The notes under the pieces are model-generated. The model made no database searches and was not told where the DNA came from. It saw only the letters and a program-made list of their open reading frames with translations. A stretch of 64,000 nucleotides of DNA, from positions 11,531 through 75,530 of the forward strand of contig NZ_JAJUJJ010000010.1 of the NCBI RefSeq assembly GCF_029265375.1. The letters are read 5' to 3'. The stretch comes from Nesterenkonia sp. (GTDB lineage Bacteria; Actinomycetota; Actinomycetes; Actinomycetales; Micrococcaceae). Shown here piece after piece: positions 1-9,458 of the stretch; within the stretch, counting starts at the first letter, position 1; each line of letters starts with the position of its first letter. The position numbers were made by a program, and so were the translations under genes.

Positions 1-191
1 GTGCGGATTCCGAAACTGATGGCGTGGTACATGAACCACGCGCCCAGGCACACCAGCAGCAGCGTCCCGGCTCCCAGCGCCCGGGCGACGCCGTCGTCGA
101 CCCGCAGGAACCGCACGGCCGAGACCAGCGCGCCGGTCATCACGATCGCCACCAGCACGATCATCACCCAGGTCCAGATCTTGCTGCTCAC
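1..191 (-). CDS. Conserved actinobacterial membrane protein downstream of dapB (5' part only; runs off the window edge)
   Basis: GTG at 191 with GGAGG RBS; reads MSSKIWTWVMIVLVAIVMTGALVSAVRFLRVDDGVARALGAGTLLLVCLGAWFMYHAISFGIR, two hydrophobic helices. Not in the ORF track. Confidence 0.7.
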   Translation of the reverse strand, partial: MSSKIWTWVMIVLVAIVMTGALVSAVRFLRVDDGVARALGAGTLLLVCLGAWFMYHAISFGIR

Positions 192-241
192 CGCGCCTCC
201 TCCGCGTCAGCCGCCCAAAAGCGCGCCCTCACCCCATCGAG

Positions 242-313
242 TGGCCGATTCACTGCACCAAATCGGCAAAAATCCTCCGATAGCGGTAGTAGATCCGCCA
301 ATCGATGGGGAGG
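242..313. repeat. Dispersed twin-hairpin repeat, copy A
   Basis: tggccgatt-cactgcacca-aatcggc-N15-gcggtagtagatccgcca; matches 44425..44498 with identical spacing. Confidence 0.8.
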
Positions 314-342
314 GGGAGTGATCTGGGGATGCCGGAGTGCGT

Positions 343-1101
343 TCACAGGCCCAGGTCCAGGTAGCCGTCCAGCCCGTGGGTCAGCCCCGGACGGGAAGCG
401 ACAGTGCGCAGCCCCAGCAGCACACCGGGCATGAAGCTGGCGCGGTCGAAGGAATCGTGGCGGATGGTGAGCTGCTCGCCGGCCGAACCGAGCAGCACCT
501 CCTGGTGGGCTACCAGGCCGCGCAGCCGCACCGAATGCACGTGGATCCCGTCCACCTCCGCGCCGCGGGCGCCCTCCAGCTGGGTCTCGGTGGCATCGGG
601 GGAGGGGGCAACCCCAGCCTCACGGCGGGCGGCACCCATCAGCTCGGCGGTGCGCACCGCTGTGCCGGAGGGGGCATCCACCTTCTTCGGATGGTGCAGC
701 TCCACGATCTCGGCGGATTCGAAGTACTGCGCGGCCTTGGCCGCGAAAGCGGTGGCCAGCACGGAGCCCAGGGCGAAGTTCGGCGCGATCAGCACCCCGA
801 CCTCGGGGTGCAGGTGCAGGCTCTCCTCCAGGCGCTGCAGGCGCTCGCCGTCCCACCCGGTGGTGCCCACCACAGCGTGGAGGCCGTGCTCCACGGCGAA
901 GGCCACGTTGCCCTCGGTGGCATCCGGGACTGTCAGGTCCACCACGTGGGTGGCGCCAGCCTCGATGAGGCGCTCCAACGAGTCCTCGCGGCCCAGTGCG
1001 GCCACCAGCTGCATATCCTCGGCATTCTCCACCGCTTGGACGGCCTCCGAGCCCATCCGGCCCGAGGCGCCCAGCACGGCCACACGGATCTGATCAGTCA
1101 T
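343..1101 (-). CDS. dapB: 4-hydroxy-tetrahydrodipicolinate reductase
   Basis: VAVLGASGRMG Rossmann motif, VVGTTG, ELHHPKKVDAPSGTA catalytic loop. Confidence 0.97.
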   Translation of the reverse strand: MTDQIRVAVLGASGRMGSEAVQAVENAEDMQLVAALGREDSLERLIEAGATHVVDLTVPDATEGNVAFAVEHGLHAVVGTTGWDGERLQRLEESLHLHPEVGVLIAPNFALGSVLATAFAAKAAQYFESAEIVELHHPKKVDAPSGTAVRTAELMGAARREAGVAPSPDATETQLEGARGAEVDGIHVHSVRLRGLVAHQEVLLGSAGEQLTIRHDSFDRASFMPGVLLGLRTVASRPGLTHGLDGYLDLGL

Positions 1102-1170
1102 GGGGCAAGCCTATCGGCCGCTGAGGTCGCAGACCGGTCACACAGAGTTGAACGGTCAAAGTGCAGCGTC

Positions 1171-2424
1171 CTACGGCCGCGGGCCGGCCACCGCAGTGCC
1201 GGCCGCATACGTCACCGCCTCCAGAGGACCACGACGGCGCAGCAGCACCTTCACCAGCCCCAGCAGTAGCGCGGCCGCGGCCAGGACGACCGCCATCGTC
1301 TCCGGGCTCAGCGCGCGGAAGGCCTCCGGGGCTGGCCACGGCGTCCCGTCCTCGCGGGTGCCGCGCCAGAACGCCAACACCACCAGATGTCCCACGTACA
1401 GGCTCAGCGGCATCGACCCGGCCCCGGCCAGCGGCGCGATCAGCCACCGCAGCCAGCCCGCGGCCAGCAGACAGAGACCCACCACCGCGGCCGCCGCCCC
1501 GATGGTGTGCACCAGATCCACCGTCGAACCCTGATGCGGGGTGCCCATCAGGAACCAGCCCGGCTCGGTGACCAGCGGCAGATAGTGGGTCCCGGTCAGC
1601 AGCTCCCCGCGGATCTGGGTGTCCGGCCATCCGGAGATCTCGCTCATCCGCGCATGCACAGCCGAGTGCTCCAGCCACAGCCGCCCGGCAGCCCAGGTGG
1701 CCGCCGCCGTCGTGCCCCCTGTAGCCAGCAGCACCACGGCGGTGTGGGTGCGGCGCAGATTCAACCGGCCGATCGCCATCCCGGCGAACAGATACGCCGG
1801 CCACAGCAGCAGCGGATAGTAGCCGGTGATCGCCAGGTCCAAACCCAGCAGCCACGGGTCGGCCAGGTCGCCGAAGGCCGGGGAGCTCCACAGCCGTTCG
1901 GCCGGGTCCATGGTGCCGGCGCCGGGCTCGCCGGGGCGCAGCGCATTCTGCAGGTACCAGTAGACCGGCGGAGCGGCAGCCGTCCAGAGCGCCGCCAGGG
2001 CGGCCAGCGACCGGAAGCCCAGTCGCAGGAACGGCAGCGCCAGCAGGAACAGCACCCCGTAGTGCACCAGGATGATCGCCACCCCGGTCGGCAGCTCCGC
2101 CACCGCGAAGCCGGCAGCGGCAATGATCAGCGCCCGCACCGCGATCACCTTCCGGTCCCAACTGACCCGGGCGGCCGGGCGGTCGGGGTCGGTGCCGCCG
2201 GTCAGCAGGGCCAGTCCGACGCCGGCCAGCACCGCGAACAGGGCGGCCGAGCGGCCTGCGAACACCTCGCCCGACCAGGTCGCCTGCCCGGTGAGCGGAT
2301 CCACATTCGGGATCACATGAACAGTCATCATGCCCAGCAGGGCGATGCCCCGGGCGGCGTCGACCCCCCAGAGGCGGCCGCCGCGCACAGCGGACCGGGA
2401 CGAAGTATGGGTGCGGGAACTCAC
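1171..2424 (-). CDS. DUF1624/DUF418-type (HGSNAT-like) multi-pass membrane protein
   Basis: N-terminal GVDAARGIALLGMMTVH and GRSAALFAVLAGVG motifs, many TM segments; TAGCCT-N7-GTG leaderless start. Confidence 0.75.
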   Translation of the reverse strand: MSSRTHTSSRSAVRGGRLWGVDAARGIALLGMMTVHVIPNVDPLTGQATWSGEVFAGRSAALFAVLAGVGLALLTGGTDPDRPAARVSWDRKVIAVRALIIAAAGFAVAELPTGVAIILVHYGVLFLLALPFLRLGFRSLAALAALWTAAAPPVYWYLQNALRPGEPGAGTMDPAERLWSSPAFGDLADPWLLGLDLAITGYYPLLLWPAYLFAGMAIGRLNLRRTHTAVVLLATGGTTAAATWAAGRLWLEHSAVHARMSEISGWPDTQIRGELLTGTHYLPLVTEPGWFLMGTPHQGSTVDLVHTIGAAAAVVGLCLLAAGWLRWLIAPLAGAGSMPLSLYVGHLVVLAFWRGTREDGTPWPAPEAFRALSPETMAVVLAAAALLLGLVKVLLRRRGPLEAVTYAAGTAVAGPRP

Positions 2425-2443
2425 AAACGGTAGGCTACGTGGT
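2425..2443. promoter_or_regulatory. Overlapping back-to-back -10 hexamers serving two leaderless genes
   Basis: TAGGCT (+, 2431-2436) lies 7 nt before the dapA ATG; TAGCCT (-, 2437-2432) lies 7 nt before GTG 2424. Confidence 0.6.
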
Positions 2444-3406
2444 ATGGCCGAGCAGAACGAGACCGCCCACGAGTTCGATCCCTACCTCGCCGAGGGCCAG
2501 GTCAAGCACCCGGATCAGACCGATCCATACTTCGGGCACCTCATCACGGCCATGGTCACCCCCTTCACCAAGGACGACCGGGTCGACTTCAAGGCGTTCG
2601 AAGCGCTCGCCGCCAAGCTGGTGGATGAGGGCAACGACTCCCTGGTGGTCTCCGGCACCACCGGTGAGACCTCCACCCTGGAGGACTATGAGAAGGCCGA
2701 CCTGGTGCGGGCGGCCAAGTCCGCGGTGGGGGACAGGGCCAAGATCATCGCCGGCACCTCCACCAACCACACCAGTCATGACCTGGAGATGGCGGCCCGG
2801 GCTGAGCGCGCCGGCGCCGACGGGCAGCTGGTGGTCACCCCCTACTACAACAAGCCCTCGCAGGACGGGGTGTACGCGCACTTCACCGCTGTGGCCGAGG
2901 CCGCTGATATGCCGCTGATGATCTATGACATCCCCGGCCGCACCGGCATCCCGATCGCCACTGAAACCATCCTGAAGCTCGCCGAGCACCCGCGGATTAT
3001 GAGCCTGAAGGATGCCAAGAATGACATCACCGCCACCACCGAGGTGCTCACCAAGACTGACCTGGAGATCTACTCCGGCGACGACCAGAACGTGCTGGCA
3101 TGGATGGCCATGGGGGCGGCCGGCGTCGTCTCGGTCACCTCACATGTGGCAGCACCGACGTTCCGGCGGATGGTCGACGCCGTGCTGAACTATGACCTGA
3201 AAGAGGCGCGCATCGCCCACAGCGAGCTGGGCCCGGTGATCCGCGCGATCATGACCCGCGTGCAGGGCGCCGTGGCCTCCAAGCTGGTGCTGAACTGGAT
3301 GGGATTCCCCATCAACACAGACGTTCGCCTGCCCCTGGTGCAGGCCAATGAGGCCGAGCAGGAGCTCGTCCTTACCGACCTGCGAGAGGCAGGCTGGACA
3401 CTCTAG
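2444..3406 (+). CDS. dapA: 4-hydroxy-tetrahydrodipicolinate synthase
   Basis: TAMVTPF, GTTGE, PYYNKPSQ, YDIPGRT, Schiff-base Lys in SLKDA; start set at ATG 2444. Confidence 0.96.
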   Translation: MAEQNETAHEFDPYLAEGQVKHPDQTDPYFGHLITAMVTPFTKDDRVDFKAFEALAAKLVDEGNDSLVVSGTTGETSTLEDYEKADLVRAAKSAVGDRAKIIAGTSTNHTSHDLEMAARAERAGADGQLVVTPYYNKPSQDGVYAHFTAVAEAADMPLMIYDIPGRTGIPIATETILKLAEHPRIMSLKDAKNDITATTEVLTKTDLEIYSGDDQNVLAWMAMGAAGVVSVTSHVAAPTFRRMVDAVLNYDLKEARIAHSELGPVIRAIMTRVQGAVASKLVLNWMGFPINTDVRLPLVQANEAEQELVLTDLREAGWTL

Positions 3407-3423
3407 AAAGGAACTTCACCCAC

Positions 3424-5106
3424 GTGTCACCCGAAAAGCTCACCACCCCACCGGCGCTGAAGAACGGCACTCTGCGGATCGTGCCCCTCGGCGGACTCGG
3501 GGAGGTCGGGCGGAATATGGCCGTCTTTGAGATCGACGGCAAACTGCTCGTCGTCGACTGCGGCGTGCTCTTCCCCGAGGAGGAGCAGCCCGGCGTTGAT
3601 CTGATCCTGCCCGACTTCAGCTACATCGAAGACCGCCTGGACGACATCGTCGGTGTCGTGCTCACCCACGGGCACGAGGACCACATCGGCGCAGTGCCCT
3701 ATCTGCTGCGCAAGAAGGAAGACATCCCGATCATCGGGTCCAAGCTGACCCTGGCCCTGGTGGAGGCCAAGCTGGCCGAGCACCGGATCAACGCCTACAC
3801 GCTCACGGTGCGCGAAGGCGACGTCGAGAACTTCGGTCCCTTCGAATGCGAGTTCATCGCGGTCAACCACTCCATCCCGGATTCACTGGCCGTGTTCATC
3901 CGCACTGCGGCCGGCACCGTGCTGCACACCGGCGACTTCAAGATGGACCAGCTGCCGCTGGACGGACGGATCACCGATCTGCGCCACTTCGCCCGCCTGG
4001 GTGAGGAGGGCGTGGACCTCTACATGTCCGACTCCACCAACGCCCACATCCCCGGGTTCACCACCCCGGAGAAGGAGATCGGGCCGGTGATCGACCAGGT
4101 GATCTCCCGGGCCGAGCGCCGGGTGATCGTGGCCTCCTTCGCTTCCCATATGCACCGCGTGCAGCAGGTGCTCGACGCCGCCGCCGCCCACGGGCGCAAG
4201 GTGGCGTTCGTGGGGCGCTCAATGGTGCGGAACATGTCCATCGCCGCGAAGCTCGGGTACCTGACCATCCCGGAGAACATCCTGATCGATGTGAAGAAGA
4301 TCGATCAGCTGCCCGACCACAAGGTGGTGCTGATGTCCACCGGGTCCCAGGGGGAGCCGATGGCGGCACTGTCCCGGATGGCCAACGGCGACCACCAGGT
4401 CCAGGTGGGCGAGGGCGACACCATCATCCTGGCCTCCTCGCTGATCCCGGGCAACGAGAACTCGGTCTACCGGGTGATCAACGGCCTGATGAAGCTCGGC
4501 GCCGATGTGATCCACAAGGACAACGCGAAGGTGCACGTCTCCGGCCACGCCTCCGCCGGCGAGCTGCTCTACAGCTACAACATCCTCTCCCCGCGCAATG
4601 CTATGCCGGTCCACGGTGAGCACCGGCACCTGATCGCCAACGGCAAGCTGGCCGAGGCCACCGGTGTGGACCCGGAGCGGGTGCTGCTGTGCGAGGACGG
4701 CTCCGTGGTGGACATGCGCGAGGGCCAGGCCCGCATCACCGGACAGATCGAGGCCGGCTACGTCTACGTGGACGGCTCCTCGGTCGGCGAGATCACCGAA
4801 TCCGAGCTGAAGGACCGCAGGGTGCTGGGCGAGGAAGGCTTCATCTCGGTGATCACTGTGGTCAACCGGCAGACCGGCACCATCATCTCCGGTCCGGACA
4901 TCCACGCCCGCGGCGTGGCCGAGGAGGACGAGGTCTTCAAGAGCATCAAGCCCAAGATCGCCAAGGCGCTGACCGAGGCGATCGAGGACAACAAGGAGCA
5001 CACCACTCACCAGCTGCAGCAGATCGTCCGGCGCACCATCGGCTCCTGGGTCAACCGGAAGCTGCGGCGCAAGCCGATGATCGTCCCCGTCGTCGTCGAA
5101 ACCTGA
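3424..5106 (+). CDS. rnj: Ribonuclease J
   Basis: PLGGLGEVGRNM, THGHEDHIG (HxHxDH), HTGDFK, HVSGHA metallo-beta-lactamase/beta-CASP motifs. Confidence 0.97.
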   Translation: MSPEKLTTPPALKNGTLRIVPLGGLGEVGRNMAVFEIDGKLLVVDCGVLFPEEEQPGVDLILPDFSYIEDRLDDIVGVVLTHGHEDHIGAVPYLLRKKEDIPIIGSKLTLALVEAKLAEHRINAYTLTVREGDVENFGPFECEFIAVNHSIPDSLAVFIRTAAGTVLHTGDFKMDQLPLDGRITDLRHFARLGEEGVDLYMSDSTNAHIPGFTTPEKEIGPVIDQVISRAERRVIVASFASHMHRVQQVLDAAAAHGRKVAFVGRSMVRNMSIAAKLGYLTIPENILIDVKKIDQLPDHKVVLMSTGSQGEPMAALSRMANGDHQVQVGEGDTIILASSLIPGNENSVYRVINGLMKLGADVIHKDNAKVHVSGHASAGELLYSYNILSPRNAMPVHGEHRHLIANGKLAEATGVDPERVLLCEDGSVVDMREGQARITGQIEAGYVYVDGSSVGEITESELKDRRVLGEEGFISVITVVNRQTGTIISGPDIHARGVAEEDEVFKSIKPKIAKALTEAIEDNKEHTTHQLQQIVRRTIGSWVNRKLRRKPMIVPVVVET

Positions 5107-5118
5107 ACAACGCCGCCG

Positions 5119-5240
5119 GCCCGCCGCTGCGCGCCCGGTGCCCAGAAACCAGCTCCGCACCGACGTTACGTGTCGAAAGGGCCCAAACTGGTCCTCAAAA
5201 GACCCGAGCTTGGGCCCTTCTGACACGTTGAATCCTGGTG
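5119..5240. repeat. ~120-bp palindromic element, copy 1
   Basis: Near-identical to 5981..6100; contains inverted arms at 5168-5189 and 5207-5228. Confidence 0.9.
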
Positions 5241-5303
5241 CCTTGTCACGCAGGGACTATCCGGTGGCTTAGTCGGCCGCGGAGGGCGATTGCCGCGCGG
5301 GGG

Positions 5304-5326
5304 AGCGACAGCCGTGTCGCTTTTCT
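5304..5326 (+). terminator. Putative intrinsic terminator
   Basis: agcgaca-gccg-tgtcgct stem-loop followed by a T-rich run. Confidence 0.45.
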
Positions 5327-5424
5327 GGCACAAACCGAGGCAGTGTTTCGGTGGCGCTAAGCCTATGTTGAGGTTGGATGGCTAGGTATGAAGCGAGTCT
5401 CGTATCGGCGCAAGGGGGCCGGTC

Positions 5425-5757
5425 ATGAAATCATCAGCCCGCTCTGCGGCACCGATGGTCGTCTTTGCTTTCGTCGTGACCGGATTGGCCGCGATAACAG
5501 GCATCCCGGTAGATGACACTGCCGCGTTTCCCATAATGGCACTATTCGCCTCGGGCATCTTAGCCCTGGTAGCTGCGGTTCAGCATTGGGCAGCACTTCC
5601 GTGGCTTCCTTGGATTGCGCTCGTTGCAGCGGCCGGGGGGTACCTGGCAAATGACGCGCTGTGGATGAATAGTGCTTTCTTTGCGCTTGGGGTTATGGCC
5701 ATCTGGCATGCGCATCAGCGCGAACTTCGTCGGCCTAGGCCAGCCTCACCCGCCTAG
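5425..5757 (+). CDS. Small orphan multi-pass membrane protein (110 aa), lower GC
   Basis: ATG with AAGGGGG RBS; three to four hydrophobic segments; many A/T-ending codons. Confidence 0.65.
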   Translation: MKSSARSAAPMVVFAFVVTGLAAITGIPVDDTAAFPIMALFASGILALVAAVQHWAALPWLPWIALVAAAGGYLANDALWMNSAFFALGVMAIWHAHQRELRRPRPASPA

Positions 5758-5958
5758 AGCACACTCGCCCTCCGCGCACGGCTATCTGCACCACGTTGAC
5801 AGTCCCTGCAGTGTGAATGCCAATTCGTGAAACCGGAACTCGAAGTCAAAATCAGACTGTCGAACGGTGTGCGTTTCATCAGTGCGGGGCGGCCAGCGTT
5901 CATCCATCGGAACCCGCTCGCGCCCATGGCAGCTGCGTCTTTGGGGGCAGCCGCCCAG

Positions 5959-5980
5959 ATCCCGCCCGTAAAGGCGGGAT
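5959..5980. terminator. GC-rich hairpin abutting repeat copy 2
   Basis: atcccgcc-cgtaaa-ggcgggat perfect 8-bp stem; no U-tract. Confidence 0.35.
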
Positions 5981-6100
5981 GCCCGCCGCTGCGCGCCCGT
6001 GCCCAGAAACCACCTCGCACCGACGTTACGTGTCGAAAGGGCCCAAACTGGTCCTCAAAAGACCCGAGTTTGGGCCCTTCTGACACGTTGAATCCCGGTG
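5981..6100. repeat. ~120-bp palindromic element, copy 2
   Basis: 22-bp arms acgtgtcgaaagggcccaaact (6028-6049) and agtttgggcccttctgacacgt (6067-6088). Confidence 0.9.
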
Positions 6101-6208
6101 GGGTGGCGGACTCGCCGGCACAGCGCCCACAGCCACCTACCGGCTGAGACCGGGCTGCGGGCGCGTTGATGCGGCGACACGCCGGTCCTGGCGGCTAAGT
6201 TAGCACCT

Positions 6209-9200
6209 ATGGCGACACGTACTTCCCCCTCGCGGTCGGCCAGCAAGAAGAGCACTTCTGGCAAAGGCCGCGCGACGACGTCGAAAAAGAGCTCCACCCC
6301 GGAGCGCGGCAATCTGCTGTTCCTTGCCGCCCGGGGAATCTGGCTCGCCCTGGCCACCCCGGTGGGCGGAGCTGTCCGCAGCCTCGGCCGGCAGGTGAAG
6401 ATCCACCCCGATGACCGCCGCGACGGCGCCGGCCTGGTCTTCTTCCTGCTGGCCGGCCTCACCGCCGTGGTCGACTGGTGGGGAGCGCGCAACTGGGACC
6501 ACTGGATCTCTGACGTGGTCCACCGCACCACCGCGGGCACCTTCGGCTGGGCCTCGGTGATCCTGCCGCTGGTGCTGCTGATCACCGCCTTCCGCTACTT
6601 CCGCACCCCGCAGGAGCACGAAGCCAACGGCCGCGTCGCCATCGGCCTGAGCATCGTGCTGGCCTCCGCCGCCGGAATGGCCCATCTGGCCGCGGGAATG
6701 CCGACCATCAACGAGATCTTCGACGCCGGGGAGACCGGTGGCTTCGAATCCATGCTCACCTCCGGAGGCATCCTCGGCTACCTGGTGGTGGTCCCCATGG
6801 CCTCCCTTGTCACCCAGTACCCGGTCTGGGCCATCCTCGGAGTGACCCTGGCCGCCGGCCTGCTGGTGCTCACCGACACCCCGGTCCGCCGCATCCCCGA
6901 ACGCATCACCGTGGCCCGGGACTACATCATCGGCGAACCCGCAGAGCGTCCCGCCCCGCAGCACCGGGAGATCCCGCACGGAGGAGCCGCTCAGCAGCCG
7001 GATGCTGAGTACACCGACGACGCCGGCTCCGCCGCACGTGCCCCACGGCCCAAGCGCGCCAAGGGCGCAGAGAAGTCCCAGCGGCCCAGCTTCTTCGCCC
7101 GCATCTCCGAGTCCGCAGGACTCAGCGGCGGCGCTGATGAGCCGGCTGCCGAGACCGCGCCGACCGAGGTCTTCAACCACGACGACGCCGCCCGCGCCGC
7201 CGAAGGTGCCTACGACTCCCCAGTCTTCAGCGAGCCCGGGCAGGACGAGCCCCGCCCCAAGCCGGGCCAGAAGCGTCCCACCAAGCAGGAGAAGGAGATC
7301 GCCGCCGCCAAGCGCGCAGCCGGCATCGAGGACCAGGAGAGCTCCGCCACCGGCCCGCAGTCCCGCGCGGAAGCACGCTCCCAGACCAGCTCCCGCAGCG
7401 AGGCGTCCACGCCGAAGCCCACCACGGTGCCCGAGGCCCCGGCCCCGGCCAGCGATCTGCCGGTGCGCAGCGAGCAGCTGGAGCTCTCCGGAGACGTCAC
7501 CTACACCCTGCCTGAACAGTCGCTGCTGCCCGCCGGCCCCCCGCCCAAGGAGAGCTCGGACGCCAACGCGGAGATCGTCGCCGCGCTGGACAAGACGTTC
7601 AGCCAATTCAAGGTCGACGCCGAAGTCACCGGCTTCTCCCGCGGCCCCACAGTCACCCGGTACGAGATCGAGCTGGCCCCGGGAACCAAGGTGGAGAAGG
7701 TCACCTCCCTGGAGAAGAACATCGCCTATGCGGTGGCCTCCAATGAGGTGCGCATCCTCTCGCCGATCCCCGGAAAGTCCGCCATCGGCATCGAGATCCC
7801 CAACCGGGACAAGGAAGTCGTGGCACTCGGCGATGTGCTGCGCTCCAACGCCGCGCGCAAGACCGACCACCCCATGGTGATGGGCGTGGGCAAGGACGTC
7901 GAAGGCGGCTACGTCATCGCCAACCTCGCCAAGATGCCCCACCTGCTGGTGGCCGGCGCCACCGGCGCAGGCAAGTCAGCCTTCATCAACTCGATGATCA
8001 CCTCGGTGCTCATGCGCGCCACCCCGGACGAGGTGCGCATGGTCATGGTGGACCCCAAGCGCGTGGAGCTCACCGCCTATGAGGGCATCCCGCACCTGGT
8101 GACCCCCATCATCACCGAGCCGAAGAAGGCCGCCGAAGCGCTCGAATGGGTCGTCAAGGAGATGGACAACCGCTACGACGACCTCTCCCACTTCGGATTC
8201 AAGCACGTCAACGACTTCAACAAGGCCGTGCGCGCCGGCAAGATCCAACTGCCCCCGGACTCCAAGCGGGTGCTGCGGCCCTACCCGTACCTGCTGGTGA
8301 TCGTCGACGAGCTGGCCGACCTGATGATGGTCGCCCCGCGGGACGTGGAGGACTCGATCGTCCGCATCACCCAGCTGGCCCGTGCCGCCGGCATCCACCT
8401 GGTGCTGGCCACCCAGCGGCCCAGCGTGAACGTGGTCACCGGCCTGATCAAGGCCAATGTGCCCTCCCGCATGGCGTTCGCCACCTCCTCGGCCACCGAC
8501 TCCCGCGTGGTGCTGGACTCGGTGGGCGCAGAGAAGCTGCTGGGCCAGGGTGATGCGCTGTTCCTGCCGATGGGCAGCGCCAAACCGATGCGCGTCCAGG
8601 GCGCCTGGGTCAACGAGTCCGAGGTCGAAGCCGTCGTCGCACACGTGAAGTCCCAGCTGCAGGCCCAGTACCGCGAGGACGCAGTGGCGGCCATGGAGCC
8701 GAAGAAGAAGCAGATCGACGAGGACATCGGAGACGACCTGGAGCTGCTGCTGGCGGCCACCGAGCTGGTGGTCACCACTCAGTTCGGCTCCACCTCCATG
8801 CTGCAGCGCAAGCTGCGCGTCGGCTTCGCCAAGGCCGGCCGGCTCATGGACCTCATGGAGTCCCGCGGCGTGGTCGGACCCTCCGAAGGCTCCAAGGCCC
8901 GCGATGTGCTGGTCGCCCCGGACGAGCTCCCCGAGGTGCTGGCCACCATCAAGGGGGAGGACGCGCCCAAGCCCTATGAGGAGGCCGTGGTCACCGAGGA
9001 GAACGACCAGGTCCAGCCCGTGGCCGAGGCGCCCCCAGGTGCCCCGGCGCAGAGCCAGCCCTCATCACACCCCGACCCGCAGGCAGCCCCGGGGTCTGAC
9101 ACCGGTCAGCCGACGTCGTCGGTTCCCTCCCAGCCGGGGGCACCGGAACCCGGGTACGACGACGCCGCCGCGGGGCACCCGCAGCCCACCGAGGACTACG

Positions 9201-9322
9201 GGGCCGACTTGATCGCACGGGATATGGCCGAGCGCACCCGGGGACTGCCGGAGGCCGGCGAGTACTACGACGGTCACGACACCACCAGCTCCGAGGACGC
9301 CTGGCAGCTCACCGGACGCTGA
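6209..9322 (+). CDS. ftsK: DNA translocase FtsK
   Basis: N-terminal TM domain, long linker, GATGAGKS Walker [10 protein letters not shown] Walker B, ATQRPS, gamma domain [28 protein letters not shown]7-ATG. Confidence 0.97.
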   Translation: MATRTSPSRSASKKSTSGKGRATTSKKSSTPERGNLLFLAARGIWLALATPVGGAVRSLGRQVKIHPDDRRDGAGLVFFLLAGLTAVVDWWGARNWDHWISDVVHRTTAGTFGWASVILPLVLLITAFRYFRTPQEHEANGRVAIGLSIVLASAAGMAHLAAGMPTINEIFDAGETGGFESMLTSGGILGYLVVVPMASLVTQYPVWAILGVTLAAGLLVLTDTPVRRIPERITVARDYIIGEPAERPAPQHREIPHGGAAQQPDAEYTDDAGSAARAPRPKRAKGAEKSQRPSFFARISESAGLSGGADEPAAETAPTEVFNHDDAARAAEGAYDSPVFSEPGQDEPRPKPGQKRPTKQEKEIAAAKRAAGIEDQESSATGPQSRAEARSQTSSRSEASTPKPTTVPEAPAPASDLPVRSEQLELSGDVTYTLPEQSLLPAGPPPKESSDANAEIVAALDKTFSQFKVDAEVTGFSRGPTVTRYEIELAPGTKVEKVTSLEKNIAYAVASNEVRILSPIPGKSAIGIEIPNRDKEVVALGDVLRSNAARKTDHPMVMGVGKDVEGGYVIANLAKMPHLLVAGATGAGKSAFINSMITSVLMRATPDEVRMVMVDPKRVELTAYEGIPHLVTPIITEPKKAAEALEWVVKEMDNRYDDLSHFGFKHVNDFNKAVRAGKIQLPPDSKRVLRPYPYLLVIVDELADLMMVAPRDVEDSIVRITQLARAAGIHLVLATQRPSVNVVTGLIKANVPSRMAFATSSATDSRVVLDSVGAEKLLGQGDALFLPMGSAKPMRVQGAWVNESEVEAVVAHVKSQLQAQYREDAVAAMEPKKKQIDEDIGDDLELLLAATELVVTTQFGSTSMLQRKLRVGFAKAGRLMDLMESRGVVGPSEGSKARDVLVAPDELPEVLATIKGEDAPKPYEEAVVTEENDQVQPVAEAPPGAPAQSQPSSHPDPQAAPGSDTGQPTSSVPSQPGAPEPGYDDAAAGHPQPTEDYGADLIARDMAERTRGLPEAGEYYDGHDTTSSEDAWQLTGR

Positions 9323-9458
9323 GCCTTCCACCCGCCTGCGGCATACGAGGTCTCCGCGCCCCGGCGCTCTCCGGATGATGAGGCCGCCGGCGCCGGCGGT
9401 GTGCGCCCTGCCGCGCCCCGTCCGCCGGCGCCGGCGGCTCAGGTAGAGTCTGACCCTG

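Noticed and set aside
5827-5980. Fragment KPELEVKIRLSNGVRFIS resembling a DUF559/Vsr-like endonuclease segment, and a 41-aa minus-strand ORF (MDERWPPR...)
   Set aside because: The similarity is too short to support by eye and there is no clear RBS. A tBLASTn/HMM search would be needed.
5119-6100. CRISPR interpretation of the duplicated palindromic repeat
   Set aside because: Only two copies, each ~120 bp long and ~740 bp apart, and no cas genes.
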